A stretch of DNA of 64,000 nucleotides from Felis catus (GCF_018350175.1 NC_058368.1:162690001-162754000); one strand, 5' to 3'. Shown: positions 51,641 to 64,000, numbered from the stretch's first letter. Translations and numbers: made by a program. The notes: generated by a model not told the origin, from the letters alone.

Positions 51641-53034
51641 TAATCTTGTCCTCTTCATGTTCTATTCAAAATTTGTTACTCCTTTGAAATATTTCTAAGA
51701 TACCAATCTCAGATCTATGAAGTTGAATGACATGGTTTCAAAAATACTGACAAAGAAAACTTTATCTTCTTTCAATTTCCTTCTAAGATCACTTTAGGTC
51801 CTGAAGTATCAAATCTATCAGAAAGACTATATTATATACCACCATGTAAGATTGTCTAGTCTTGGTAACTGATAGACTCATCACATTCATCTCCTGTCTG
51901 ACCAGAATTGCATTCAAACCTAATTAAAGGTAGTGGACTGACATATTATTTTTTTAAATTAAGGAAAGGAAGAGTAAACTAATCATTATATTCATACACT
52001 GGAAATCTATGAGGTTGCTTGAACAGTGGGTTAGATATACCTAGAGAGTTATTGACTATGTCCATGAGATTATAAATGAAAGGTGGAGGGAGGGGGGTGA
52101 AGTAGAGCAACATTCCTTGTAACACAATTGCATTTTCCAGTTTTATAAAATTAAATAGACAAAGATTGAGAAAGGACTAAAGGGATAATAGGATTATTTT
52201 ATTTGTTTCAACACTCCTATAACAATATTGTAATTTTAAGTAATATGGAAAAATATCAATAAAGTATAATCTCCTGAAAAGAAAGTTCCAGAACCTGACT
52301 TGAACATGATTTCTTATATCTTACAATTTTTAAAACTTTAATTATAAAGACTTTTTCTCATAATTTAACCATATGTCTTCTTTGTCAGTCATTTAAAAAA
52401 AATCTTCTTTCATAACACTATGGAAAGTATAATGAGATATAAAAATTTAGATGCTGAATTTGACTCTCTGGAAAGCCACATACTCTAAATTTGTTAAAAT
52501 AATATGAAAAAATAGGTATCATACTTACCTTAGGCACTCACCTTGTCATTTTTCTGGCATGCCACATAATCCCTGTTAGATTGCTCTTCATCTCTAAAAT
52601 CAATTTTTAAAAAATGAGTTTCATACCTGCCTTCTAACTTTTAGAACATTGTGGTAATGTTATAGAATACAAATCATTTCTTCAACATATAAAAAAAAGT
52701 GAAAATGTCTATAAGTATAAATCTATAATGATCATAATCTGTAATGTTTGAATAGGTCAAAAGTTGGAGGAGAATTCTGTCTAGGATCATACTCTAAAAC
52801 AAAGGCCAAAACCTCAGGAAATATAATAAAAGACAGAATCTCCTCCCAACAGAAGGAGACAGAAAGAAACTACAACCGCAAGTTTTTTAAAGTAACTGCT
52901 CTAAGAAAACAGAGAGAGAAGAAATATTTTCCCCAGGGAAAATTAAGCCTCTTATTTTCTATTTGTATTTGCCTTTATACATCACACTAGGCCATAACAA
53001 ACTCACAAAGGTCCTGTGGAATATTTAAAAGGAT

Positions 53035-53110
53035 TTTTAAAATATTTATTTATTTATTTATTAGCGATCTCTACAATGTGATACTCAAACTCACAATTCT
53101 GAGATTAAGA
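53035..53110 (-). mobile_element. SINE remnant (tail and partial body)
   Basis: TATTTATTTATT tail then CTCAAACTCACAATTCTGAGATTAAGAGT. Confidence 0.55.
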
Positions 53111-53122
53111 GTGAAACACAGC

Positions 53123-53332
53123 AGGGGTCCCTGGGTGGTTCAGTTGGTTGAGCGCCCGACTTCGGCTCAGGTCATGATCTCATGGTTCATGAGTTCAAGC
53201 CCCGTGTCAGGCTCTGTGCTGACAGTTCAGCGCATGGAGCCTGCTTTGGATTCTGTGTCTCCCTGTCTCTCTGCTCCTTCCCTGCTCACACTTTGTCTCT
53301 CTCTCAAAAATAAATAAAGATTAAAAAAATAA
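53123..53332 (+). mobile_element. Carnivore/felid SINE
   Basis: TSD AAGAGTGAAACACAGCA. Confidence 0.94.
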
Positions 53333-53409
53333 AAGAGTGAAACACAGCAATATTCGACATTATAGTCCATACAGACTGCTAGCTTGAGGAATTCAAAATC
53401 TTAACATTT

Positions 53410-54008
53410 GACTGCACTATATTCCTTGAGATGATGCCATATCTTTGCAAAGCTAGGTTTTCAGCAGTCACTATGATAAACGGCGAGTACTCATGAAAAC
53501 CAATGTGGGATAGGACAAGAGGATGGCAGTGTCAAATCTGATTACATGTTTGAGAAGTTGCACTGTGTCCAAAACATGCATACATTAACAATTGTGATTA
53601 AGAATGAAATAAAAATATAAGTTTTCTTTCAATGTGCATGTGGTTTCTGTCAAATAACAAACTTTTAGGTAATAAATATTTATTAAATTCTTGGACCCAT
53701 TTAGAGATCAAATATAATTGTTAGCCACTTTTTTTTTTTTTAATTTAGGAGTGGAGGGGCAGAAGGAGAGAGAGACAGAGACAGAGACATAGAGAATTCT
53801 AAGCAGGCTCCACACTCAGAGTGGAGCCCAAAGCGGGGCTTGATCCCACGACCCTGGGATCATGACCTGAGCTGAAATCAATAGTCAAATGCTCAACCAA
53901 CTGAGCCAGCCTGCTCCCCCTTAGCCACTTCTTTGGGTGGAGATGCACCATGGAAAAATGACAGACACAGCTAGTTCCTTGTGAACTAAGAAACTATGGG
54001 ACCCCCTG
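53410..54008 (+). mobile_element. hAT-Charlie DNA transposon 3' remnant (transposase C-terminus and terminus), split by a SINE
   Basis: Translates PYLCKARFSAVTMI...NV...RMAVSNLI, resembling the hAT dimerisation-domain YLCExxFS motif; ends ...GGGACCCCCTG (TIR-like). Confidence 0.7.
53728..53920 (-). mobile_element. Carnivore SINE inserted in the Charlie remnant
   Basis: TSD TTAGCCACTT. Confidence 0.92.
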
Positions 54009-55642
54009 GATCAATACTTAATCTCTGCAAAACTACTGTGCAAGAGAGGAATACAGTACACTCATCTCAATCTTGTGGCTCTTACCTTCATAACTTTAAT
54101 GAAAGATATGTGCTGCCACCCACCCATGGAGAGTTAAGTGCAGACTCATTTGAATGAGAATGATTCTGAGACAGACTTTTGATTTAGGATACATCTGGGA
54201 TGGCACCAAATTTAGGTTTTGTTTCCTCTCCCTATCACCAGAATCCAGTGATGTCTTGTCATTAGAATAATAGAAATTATTATTATAATGGGAATAAGCA
54301 TATGATTCACCTTTATGTGAGCATGAAAATGAATTCATGAAAAAATTACTTATCATCCAAAATGGAAGCATCCACTCCACAGAGGGCCAGACTCCCTGGG
54401 CCTAGCAATTCACTGAAAATTGGGGAAATTCTGACAACACATCCTTCATCAGTTAAACAATTATTAATGTGTTAAGTCTAGCAAATTTGTGACTGGAGAA
54501 GACAGTACACTGGAAAAGGCCTGTCTTCAGTTAGACAAGTATAGCCCATTGCATCCCCATTCTTTTAAGGTTTCATGTGTATAGATTGTGTATCTGCAGT
54601 ATAGCTAATTATCTAGGCATTAAAGAGAAAAGGAGAAGAAAAAGGCAAAAAGGAATTAACCTGTATGCCATTGTATGCATCTGTGTTCTCCTATAAATAC
54701 TGGATTCATGAACCATTGCCAATGAAGGTCATTCACTTTAACTGGAATGAAACACAATAGCAATGTAATTTTCTTAATCTCCTGTATGACTTTCCTTCCA
54801 TGCATTACATTTCCATCCCTCATTTCTTTTGTCTCATTTCATGTCTTCTATTATAGTGGCTTTAATATGCTTACTCCCCAATCTCTTATTGGCCCACATT
54901 CAAACCATTTACTGTAGGTAATTAGCTTTACTGTGTCTGAGCCTGTGTTATCTCTGCCTGTTCGGTTCACAGCAGCCTTTTTATGAGTATTCTTCTTATA
55001 TCAGAATTTAAAAGAGTCAAAATAGGATCAACGTCTGTTGAGGACATTGTGGCTTAGTTTTTCAGTTTCAAGCAACCAAATGTGATGTTATACTCTTTTT
55101 AGTAAGAACACAAATCATTGACCAATGTGTTGTTTAATTAAAAAATAATAGCTTAAGTCAGACCAAATTTAACAAGGGCTACTATATTACAGAGTCTCTA
55201 AATCTAAAATCAAATACCAAGCAACCACAAGGATATGCTATATAAAATATGCTTAGAGAGACTCCAGGGAAAATTGAAATGAAATCAAAGAATTTGCATC
55301 CCCTTGGCCAAGGCAGTCTTAACATTTTTCTCAGCCTAACTAACCATTAGACAAGCTTCTTTCTGACTCTAGGCCCCTGCCCTTACTTTTCTGAGAACAT
55401 TTCCTTTAGAAAACTGGTCAGTAAATCCTTTCCCAGCCCCTTTGAAATGTAAGTATTTTTAAAAGCTTGCCTATTTTACAACCTAAGGATGTCTTTCTCA
55501 AGACCTGGGAGCCATCTTTCTGAAATGTAGTTATCAAGAAAAAGAGTACCCCTATCCTCATTTCCCCCCATTTTTGTGGAAGGACAGAAGCCTAACTTCC
55601 GTGGACTCCTTGATCTCAGTTGTAAAACTTCCTGTGATGAAG

Positions 55643-56010
55643 TTATGATTTTACTTATATTTGGAATCTAAAAACAAAACAAGTGCACAACCACAAAAAC
55701 CCAGAAAGAGAATCATAAATACAGAGAATAAACAAGTGGCTGCTGGGGGGAGAGAAGGAGCGATGGGTAAAATAGGTGAAAGGAATTAAGAGGTCCAAAC
55801 TTCCAATTATAAAATAAATAAATCATAGGGATGAAAAGCAGAGCATGGGGAATATAGTCAAAAATACTGTAATAACATTGTAGGGTGACAGATGATAACT
55901 ATACTTATCCCAGTGAGCATAACTTAATGTATAAAATTGTTGAATCACTATGTCATACATATGAAGCTGTTATATTATTGTATGTCAACTATACTTCAAT
56001 TAAAAAAAGA
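55643..56010 (+). mobile_element. L1 3' end (older carnivore/L1MA type)
   Basis: GGAATCTAAAAACAAAAC...GTCCAAACTTCCAATTATAAAATAAATAAATCATAGGGATG...TATGTCAACTATACTTCAATTAAAAAA. Confidence 0.88.
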
Positions 56011-56091
56011 GAGAGAAAATGTTTACTTTTCCTTTTGTAAAAGCCAGTTGGCAAACACAGATGGCCTATGATCTTTGTCTCACCCCCACCT

Positions 56092-56668
56092 TTTATTTTT
56101 ATTTTTTCAATTTAAATTCAAGTTAGTTAACATATAGTATGTCCAAGTATTGCTTTCAGGATTATTGGTTTCAGGAAAATTTAGTGATTCATCACTGGCA
56201 TATAACACCCAGTGCTCATCTCAACAAGTGCCCTCTTTAACGCCCATCATTCATCCCAAGAAGTGCCCTCCTTAATGCCTATCACCCGTTTAGCCCACCC
56301 CCCCCACCAACTTCCCCTCTAACAACCCTCAGTTTATTCTCTGTATTTAAAAGTCTCTTATCATTTGCTTCTTTCTGTTTTTATATTATTTTATTTTCCT
56401 TCCCTTCCACTATGTTCATCTGTTTCGTTCCTTAAATTCTACATGAGTGAATTCCTCTGACTTATTTTGCTGAGCATATACACTCTATTTCCATCCACGT
56501 TGTTGCAAATGGCAAGATTTCATTCTTTTTGATTGCCAAGTAATATTCTTCTTTATCCAATCATCAGTTTATGGACATTTGTGCTCTTTCCATAGTTTGG
56601 CTATTACTGCTAAAAACACTGGAGAGCATGTGCCCCTTTGCGTCAGCATTTTTGTATCCTTTGGATAA
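56092..56668 (-). mobile_element. Carnivore L1 3' end fragment
   Basis: CATATAACACCCAGTGCTCATC...CCCTCAGTTTATTCTC; TSD-like CCCCA(C/A)CTTTT. Confidence 0.88.
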
Positions 56669-59377
56669 ACCCCAACTTTTCAAAACCATACTGACTTTTG
56701 TTTCTGCAAAGTTGCATTCAGACTGAGTTCTAATCTCTCTTCCTTATTATAACAACCTGAACAAAGTCTTCCTTTCCTGTTTAACTTCACTGAGTGCAAT
56801 TTTTGCTTTGACACATTAATGCCTGATAATATTGTTTTTAAAAATATTCAAAACCATCAGTTTTATCTCATAGCTTTTCCCCAAGGCTTGCTCTGGTCAA
56901 TGAACTGGGTGTTGCAGAGTTGGAAAGTAAGAATTCAAGAAAATAAGCATTTTCATTTCCAGCTTATATTAACAAGTTATTCATTTCAAATTATTATATT
57001 ATCATTGATTCATGAAAGAAATGTTTGAAAATAAAAAGTAAGCCAGGAAATGAAACTTAATATTTGATCATTCTTGATTTTTCCTTAATTATCTCTTGAC
57101 AATACACAAAGGTAATGGAGAAATAAAAACATGGTCTAAATCTAGACCTGGCATTCTATTTTATTCTGCTCTCATAGTACAACCCAATACATATTTACTG
57201 AAGAAATTCAAAACTGTTTATATGTTATCCTTTCCTTTAAATTACAACCATTGTATGCAATATTTTTTTGTTGGTCTATGGTGAATTGTCAAGATGAGGA
57301 TTGTTTATGGGTTTGGAGTAGGATAGATGGCGGGTTTAGGACGCAAAAGCAGGGGAGTCTAGGAGTCAACTGGGTATAGCCACTCATCAAAATGGAGAAA
57401 ACAAGAGAAGGAAGAAAGGAGGTGGAGGAGGGTGGGAAAGCAAGGTACTTGGTGAGTTCAGTTACTGACAAATTGAGTTTTGATGCCTGTGATTTAGCCC
57501 AAGAAAGATGTCCACTATAAACCTGTATATGGAGAGGCAGATCAGGGCTGGCATTTGACATTTTGAAGACATGAGGGGAGAAAAAGGATTTTCTACAGAA
57601 GGGAGAACTTTGAACTCTTCAGATGTGAAAGGGATGAAAGAGAACAGAGATTAATATTCTACAGAACAGAGGGAAATTGATTGAGCAAAGTCCTGAGAAA
57701 GAAGTTCAGGGGGATTCAGAATGGATGAAGGAACGAGGTTGATAGTTTACCTTGAAAAATGAAGATGTCTTTTCCACTGAGCTGAGATGAAAGACAGATA
57801 CATGTTAATCTGAAAGCAGGATGTAAAGAGATGTGAATAGAAACTGAGAAAAGTCCTATTTAATAGTCTCTCTCTTCTCTACAAAGTAAAAAGCAGTATT
57901 ACCTATGGAAAAGAAGGTTAGATGCTTCTAATCAGGGCTTCTAAATGTCTGTTCCATTAGGGAGATAGCTCTAACTAAACCAGTTTGGGCACAGAGCTGT
58001 GCAAGTCATTTGTGATCAGGTATTGCTTTGTAACATCACATCAATCCATCACTTGCTAAACCATTAACACAGCTGTCAGCCTCCTGTATTAAAATCCCAG
58101 ACAGAGTTGTTGAGTCACTTCCATTGTGTGTTCTGGAACCCATTTGAACCCGCCATATTATATTTCTTTGTAGATTTACTGACTGTAAGCACTGGCTTGA
58201 GAAGGGGACAGGAGAAAAGGGACTATATTTCTGTATTAATTATCAGTGCTATGCCTGACACCAACTCTTCTACAAAAAAAAATGCCTGGTGATAAAAACA
58301 AACTGTATTTTAATATGATTGATTAAATACAGTTCTATTTACAAATGTCCCTGAGTACCCAAAAAATAAATATAGACAAAGTACCTCTCTGTCTCTGTCT
58401 CAATCCCCCCCACCCCCGCCCCCAGCATCTTCCCCAATTTTTGGAGCTCAAAACAGCCTGGCATTAAGTAAAGGATCAATAAATGTTTCTGGAGGCTGAA
58501 TGCTTTGACTTTTGGCTTAAATCTTGAATTGCTTTACTTGTTAACTCTTTATATACTTATGCTTTACTTTGCCATTTGGATGCTAAGTTTTTGAGGAGAG
58601 AAACTAATCACAACACTACATGTTAAAGCCCCAACTAGCAAAAAAAGACAACTTTGAGAAAGGCAGTTTTATAATAAAACTATATACATAATACATTTGG
58701 TTAGCCAAAAGGGTTTGGGAATATAAACACGCTTGAAATCTCCTTTCAACAGCAAGTACATAATAAGTACAAGAACACATTTTCAGATTCGTTGTTTTCA
58801 GATTCATTTTTAAAATTCTAGTTTGAAGTGGTCTTATAGAAATCGATGGGAGGAAACCCCAGTATAATAGTAGGAAATGTTAATAATTTTAATATGTAAA
58901 AAATTCATGCTTAGTAATGGAAAGATAACCTCATCAAAATACTGATTTTTTTGGCATTTCTTTTCTAAGTTTTTTAAGGATTAATTCTAAAAAGAATTGG
59001 AAGATAAGTTAAATAGCTATTTGCTATTTAAAAATAAAATATAGATTAATATCAAAAATTCACTCTTGGTATATATCTAGAGAGAAAACCTGTTAAATTG
59101 GAAATATGTATCATTCTATTTCTAAATGAGAAAAGAAGTCAAAATAGCAAAAGTTGAATCCACCAATGATTCTCATTAGTTACCAGTTTCTCTTCTAACT
59201 GGAAATCCTTCCAATGATCTGTAATGAGAAAACAATTCTGGAAAAGTTACTAAAAGGATATGAACAATGATAATGAAAAAAATGCAAATGAAATTTTTAC
59301 CAAAGAGCCAGAAATACTCCAACAACAAAAAGGTTCCTAAAGCAAAACACTTTTTTTTACAATTATAGTAAAAACAA

Positions 59378-59410
59378 CACCGCCACCTTCTGGTAAAAAT
59401 ATAAATTGCA
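59378..59410 (-). promoter_or_regulatory. CTCF motif with upstream module
   Basis: Minus strand TGCAATTTATATTTTTA-CCAGAAGGTGGCGGTG. Confidence 0.65.
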
Positions 59411-59584
59411 ACCTCAGAAAGGATTTTTTGTTTAGTGCTTCAAATTTGCTTATTTACTAACTATAACTTCAGAAAATATAATTTTTAGCATTGACGGATA
59501 TTGGATAATTCCCACAAATAAAAGTTATGTTTGGGGTTTAAAAAATATCTACGTAGTTAACCTCAGCATACCAACGATAAAAAC

Positions 59585-59790
59585 AAAAGCATGAGACTTG
59601 GAGCCACAGATACCCAGATTCAAGTTCTAGTGCTGACACTTACTAACCTTTTGGCCTTGAAAACTTAATTTCCCTGGGCTTTAGCTGTCTCACCTAAGAA
59701 GAAATTGATAAGACTGTAGTGATTCAAAATGTGTAATACATCTAATGCATTTCCTCATATCCAACAGATCCACAATAAGTAATATTTTCA
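59585..59790. mobile_element. MIR relic
   Basis: AAGCATGAGACTTGGAGCCACAGATACCCAGATTCAAG...ACTTACTAACC. Confidence 0.6.
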
Positions 59791-60609
59791 CTAGAACTAT
59801 CTGGCCTTTTCTTTTTTCAGTTTAAAGTGTTTTGTAAGCAGTATTACCCAACTGGCTTTGCTGTTTATAATTTTCCAACTTTCAAATTGCTTATCAAAGA
59901 CATATGGTAATTATCTTTACACCATTCACTCATATAAAAGGAAAGCCAATAATAGATCTATTTAATCAATTGAAAAGCAGGACGTATATACCACAAAGAA
60001 AATAAGGCAGACAGTTGATAAAGTGATTCATTTTTTCCTTTTCTTGGGCAAGCTTCTGCTTTGCAGACAACTAGCAAAAAGATGTGCCAGAGTTTCTGTA
60101 ATTGGGAAGCCAGATGAGTCAGCTGTTTCCACATTCTTTGGAAGATTCAAGAATATAGCTAAGGAGCATGTACCAGGAAGTCTTTGTCTTATGTCGGTCA
60201 GTGCCTTTACCATCTCCATTGAGCTATGTCAATTCTCTATTTTCCTTATCAGAATTTATCCCATTACATCACCATATGCTGCCATGCACTCAACCCAACT
60301 ACTCTTGGATCTCTCCATGAAATAATCCTGTAGTGGGTGTTATGTCCACATTATTACTGAAATAGCTCACTAATGCAGGAAAAGAATGAATCTAGTGATG
60401 TTCTCTGATTTTTTTATTTCTAAAATCAAGAGCCTTTAGAAAAATTTAAAAACAAGTAACTCTCCATTGCTTTCCAACTTTCTACCACCCTTTCTTCCCC
60501 AACTCACTCTACCCCATCCCAGAGAGCACATGCTTCTAGAAAAAGCCTCAGTAGTATCTCAACTCTCAGCAGTTTCCAGCACTGATTACACTTTAGAATA
60601 AACTAGGAA

Positions 60610-60689
60610 TTTTTAAAAATTATTTTGAAAGATGGAGAGGGAGAGAGAGAGAGGGACAGGGAAAGAAAGGATAAGCAGGGGAGGGGCAG

Positions 60690-60720
<31 letters not shown>

Positions 60721-60848
60721 ATCCCAAGCAAGCTCTGGGCTGTCAGCACAAAGCCCAACTCAGGGCTGGAACTCACCAGTGGTGAGATCATGACCTGAGC
60801 CAATATGAAGAGTTGGATGCTCAACTGACTGAGCCACCCGCATGACCC
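60610..60848 (-). mobile_element. Carnivore SINE
   Basis: Ends GACTGAGCCACCCGCATGACCC; CTAGGAA on both flanks. Confidence 0.9.
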
Positions 60849-60977
60849 AGAATAACCTAGGAAATTTTTAACAAAGCAAACTTAATCAGACCTGGATGGC
60901 ACTTGACACTGTTAATTTTTAAAGTTCCACAGGCAACTTCCATTTTAGTCATTGCCAACCACTCAATCCAAACTCTA

Positions 60978-61130
60978 GTCAGAGACAGAGTTGACACAGA
61001 ATCTGAAGCAGGCTCCGGGCTATAGGCTGTCAGCACAGAGCCTGATGCGGGATTCGAACTCACAAACCAGAAAATCATGACCTGAGCTGAAGTCAGATAT
61101 TTAACCAACTGAGCCACCCACGTGCCCCCC
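60978..61130 (-). mobile_element. 3'-truncated carnivore SINE
   Basis: Ends CTGAGCCACCCACGTGCCCC; no tail. Confidence 0.88.
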
Positions 61131-61829
61131 ATACGTTGGGAAATTCTTATCTTCAGATGTTATGAGTGCAGCTATTCTGCCGAGGCTTCTGCTCTGTGTA
61201 TTTTGGTCCCTAGGCTTAAGCCATGAATTTCTAACTTTGTTCCTTTCCTCCCTCACCATATTGGGATACATACTCCATTCTGATGGGACTGAACTAAGAA
61301 AACATCAAATAGGCAGGAGACACTAGCAAGATCTTCTTAGGGAATTCTCTATAGACTTGGAAAGACACAACAATAGTTGGCTTTTCAACATTATTTCTAG
61401 TATCAATTCTTTTTGCAAATCAAATATATATTAAAATGCACCATTTTAATATGTACAGTTCAACAATTAATAAATATATATATATACTACCATGACAGAG
61501 AATAGTTCTACCATGCCCTTTTGCAGATGTGGTATTAATTATTTCTTTAATGCTAATTTGCTGGTTTACATCATCATTCTACGGATAGTTAATATGTTAA
61601 CATAAGATAAGCTGGGTAAAGCTTATAGGAGAATTGTTTGTACTATTTTTACAGCTTTTCCTAAGTCTAAAATTATTACAAAATACAGCATCAAAAAAAA
61701 GAAAGTCAAATTAAATCTGAAAAGAAAAATTAAAATGCCAATTATTTGAGGACGATTTTTATAAGCTGTTCATTTTAGCAAAAACACTAAAATGTTTTGA
61801 TACCATTTACCCATGCAGTTTTTAAAAAC

Positions 61830-63861
61830 AAATTCTTTTATTTATTTTTGATCACTCACATGTAATGTGTAAGTTAATGTTTATTGTTTTGGGTACAAAA
61901 AAAGGCCGAAAAATACTGAAATATGCTGCAGTGCAGGAAAAGGACATTACCTCTAAAATTAATGTCCAATCTGATTTCTTTAAAAAAATAGTACTGAGTG
62001 TTTTGATAACCCAAGAGGACTTACATATAAAACCTTCACACAACACATTACTTTTGCAGTTTCAGATAACTGACAAGCAGCCATCTGCAACTGTATACCA
62101 CTAACATAAATCTTATATGTCAATCTGTCATCCATGAAAACTATAGTATGGAACAATATTTTAGCATGTATTTCATAGTGAATGCGGTTTATATTGAATT
62201 AAATACATCTATTGAGATACCAGAAATCACTGAATTAAATTACATTCACCAAGTTCAAAAGTACACTGATTTTCCCTTTCCCAACCATCAAATGTGTGTA
62301 TTCATAAACAGATATAAAACATACTGCAAAATCTATGCCAATTAATAAGGTTAAATACTTAACAACCTAATACAAATATTCTCATTTTTAAAGAGATACA
62401 TATATAATTTTACATAATTAAAGAAAATATACAATTTTACTTATATTTTTCTCCAATTTACAAAGCTAGATCAATTGTATACATTCTTTCCATACATAAG
62501 AGTGTATGGAAAGTTACATTTTTATGTCTTACAATTAAGGAAATCTAAATATTAAAAATAAGTTTTAAGATACATATCCAATTATGTACAAAAATAACCA
62601 CAGGTAAACTTATAGTTTCAAGTTCACTTTAAAAATCATACAAACTGTGAAAAAACAATACTATGAAAAAATTTTGTTCTTAAAGTAGCATACCAACACA
62701 TATAATCTAGTTGATCCAAAAGTATAAATAATGATTATAAATTACAGTAGTGTCTAAACTGCCCTGTAATAAAAGGAGGTATTCTTTGTAAATATGTGTA
62801 AGAGTCTGACTTCATTAAAGTGCCAAAATTATTTTCGCTTTACCCATTTTCATTAAAAAGTTTATAAAAATGTATCATCTTATAAAATTGAGCACACTGA
62901 ATGCAATGAAACCCTTGATAACTAAAAATCATTATGAATGCCAATTATTAAGTGACTTGTTCATCAAATATATGCATATATAGGGTGATTTCTTCTTCTC
63001 CCTAAATTAAGTATGAACTTCAACATTTTTCTTAATCTGTTATTCACAGATCTATTTCCTCCATATTCTGAATAGACAAAGTTGGCTTCAATCTGAGCTA
63101 AAACAAATGGAGTGTTATAATGTTATATGTGAAATACTTTATCTTTCAAATAAATGATCAGTAGAAAAGTGGAGTTTAATGTATTAATCAAACAACATTA
63201 ATACAGGCCCACTATCAGCAAAGTACTATTTTAGGTGCTGTAAATAATATACTAGGTGATAAGTTTTTAAAATTAGAAAAATTAAATTACTGAGTATGTA
63301 AATACTGATCAACAGTTTATTAAGAAGTCTTTTCAAAGAAAGCCACTCAAATGTACCTAAGTCATTTAAAAAAAAATCTTTTCATATATAATTGGCACTT
63401 TACTGAAGTTGGTATTTCTCCCGGAAGACATATAACTGGATAATACTATTATGGAATCACAAAAGGAAAGTGTTAAAAATAAGAAATAGTAGCAAATTAC
63501 TTCCTGCAATTCTTGAGTTAAAGTGAAAATATGTAAATATAACGCTATTCCTGAATTCACTGTATACTGGTATACAAAGAAGATAATCAACCTATGTTCT
63601 AATAGTTCAGTAACCTTTTGTGATGGACAGACTAGTGTATATATAGTTCTCAAAAATCATCACATAAATTTGGTTAGTTTAAATTTGTATACCGTAAATT
63701 TTCTAAATAAGCCCCAACTACTGGTAATGATAATTAAACTAAAACAAGTTGCAAGAAGAATAGAAATATCACTTTGTTTTTAAGATATAAACTTTTAACT
63801 AATCACTGGATTTTTTTCTAGTTTAGTTTATTAGTTTTTTATTTCACACCTGTACTATGGG

Positions 63862-63908
<47 letters not shown>

Positions 63909-64000
63909 CTGAGGTTTTTGGTGGGTTCTGAAGGCACAAGTCTGTTTCTTATATTAAAACAAAAACAAACACATTCATAAATATACAGGAAATGCATTTA
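61830..64000 (-). other. Probable distal 3' UTR and polyadenylation region of a minus-strand gene lying beyond the window (gene not identified)
   Basis: Over 2 kb of very AT-rich sequence without recognisable interspersed repeats; minus-strand AATAAA at 61880-61885, 61841-61846 and 61837-61842; UGUA just upstream. Confidence 0.45.
63864..63907. repeat. (TG)n microsatellite
   Basis: Seen directly. Confidence 0.95.

Larger units (their letters stand above)
55215..56812 (+). mobile_element. ERV1 (MER34-like) solo LTR interrupted by two L1 3' fragments
   Basis: GGATATGC...AAAATATGC 5' motif; CTTTCTCAAGACCTGGGAGCCATC; ends AAAGTCTTCCTTTCCTGTTTAAC...TTTGACA; 5' boundary approximate. Confidence 0.7.

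Noticed and set aside
59171..59230. Inverted repeat TTCTCATTA...TAATGAGAA with inner CCAGTT/AACTGG as a pre-miRNA
   Set aside because: Stem short and asymmetric; expected by chance in AT-rich DNA
60023..60325. 100-aa plus ORF overlapping a 63-aa minus ORF
   Set aside because: Non-ATG start for the plus ORF, no recognisable homology, no clear splice context
9500..61132. Many 60-110 aa ORFs such as MGAPGWLS..., AQVMIS..., EPGACFRFCVSLSL...
   Set aside because: Recurring translations of carnivore SINEs, not genes

Overview
Mammalian genomic DNA, almost certainly from a felid (SINEC_Fc-type tRNA-derived SINEs and carnivore-type L1 3' ends). It is AT-rich, repeat-dense and apparently intergenic, with no recognisable host protein-coding exon. 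Main features: (1) a full-length but inactivated + strand LINE-1 (2027-~8926) with a 19-bp target-site duplication (TSD), inserted into an old MaLR LTR and itself carrying a nested ~110-bp L1 tail; (2) about 26 carnivore SINEs, many with clean TSDs; (3) several L1 3' fragments, MaLR/ERVL/ERV1 solo LTRs, a hAT-Charlie transposase remnant, MIR/L2 relics and microsatellites; (4) a repeat-free AT-rich block at ~61.8-64 kb resembling the 3' UTR end of a minus-strand gene lying beyond the window. Best second-look items: a 245-codon antisense ORF across the L1 5' UTR (possible ORF0 analogue), three co-oriented CTCF motifs (one carried by the L1), a PBX-HOX/HOX/MEIS motif cluster, candidate minus-strand exons, and templated-duplication scars in truncated SINEs. 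The sequence alone does not establish a novel system. Repeat family names come from pattern recognition and need RepeatMasker/Dfam confirmation.
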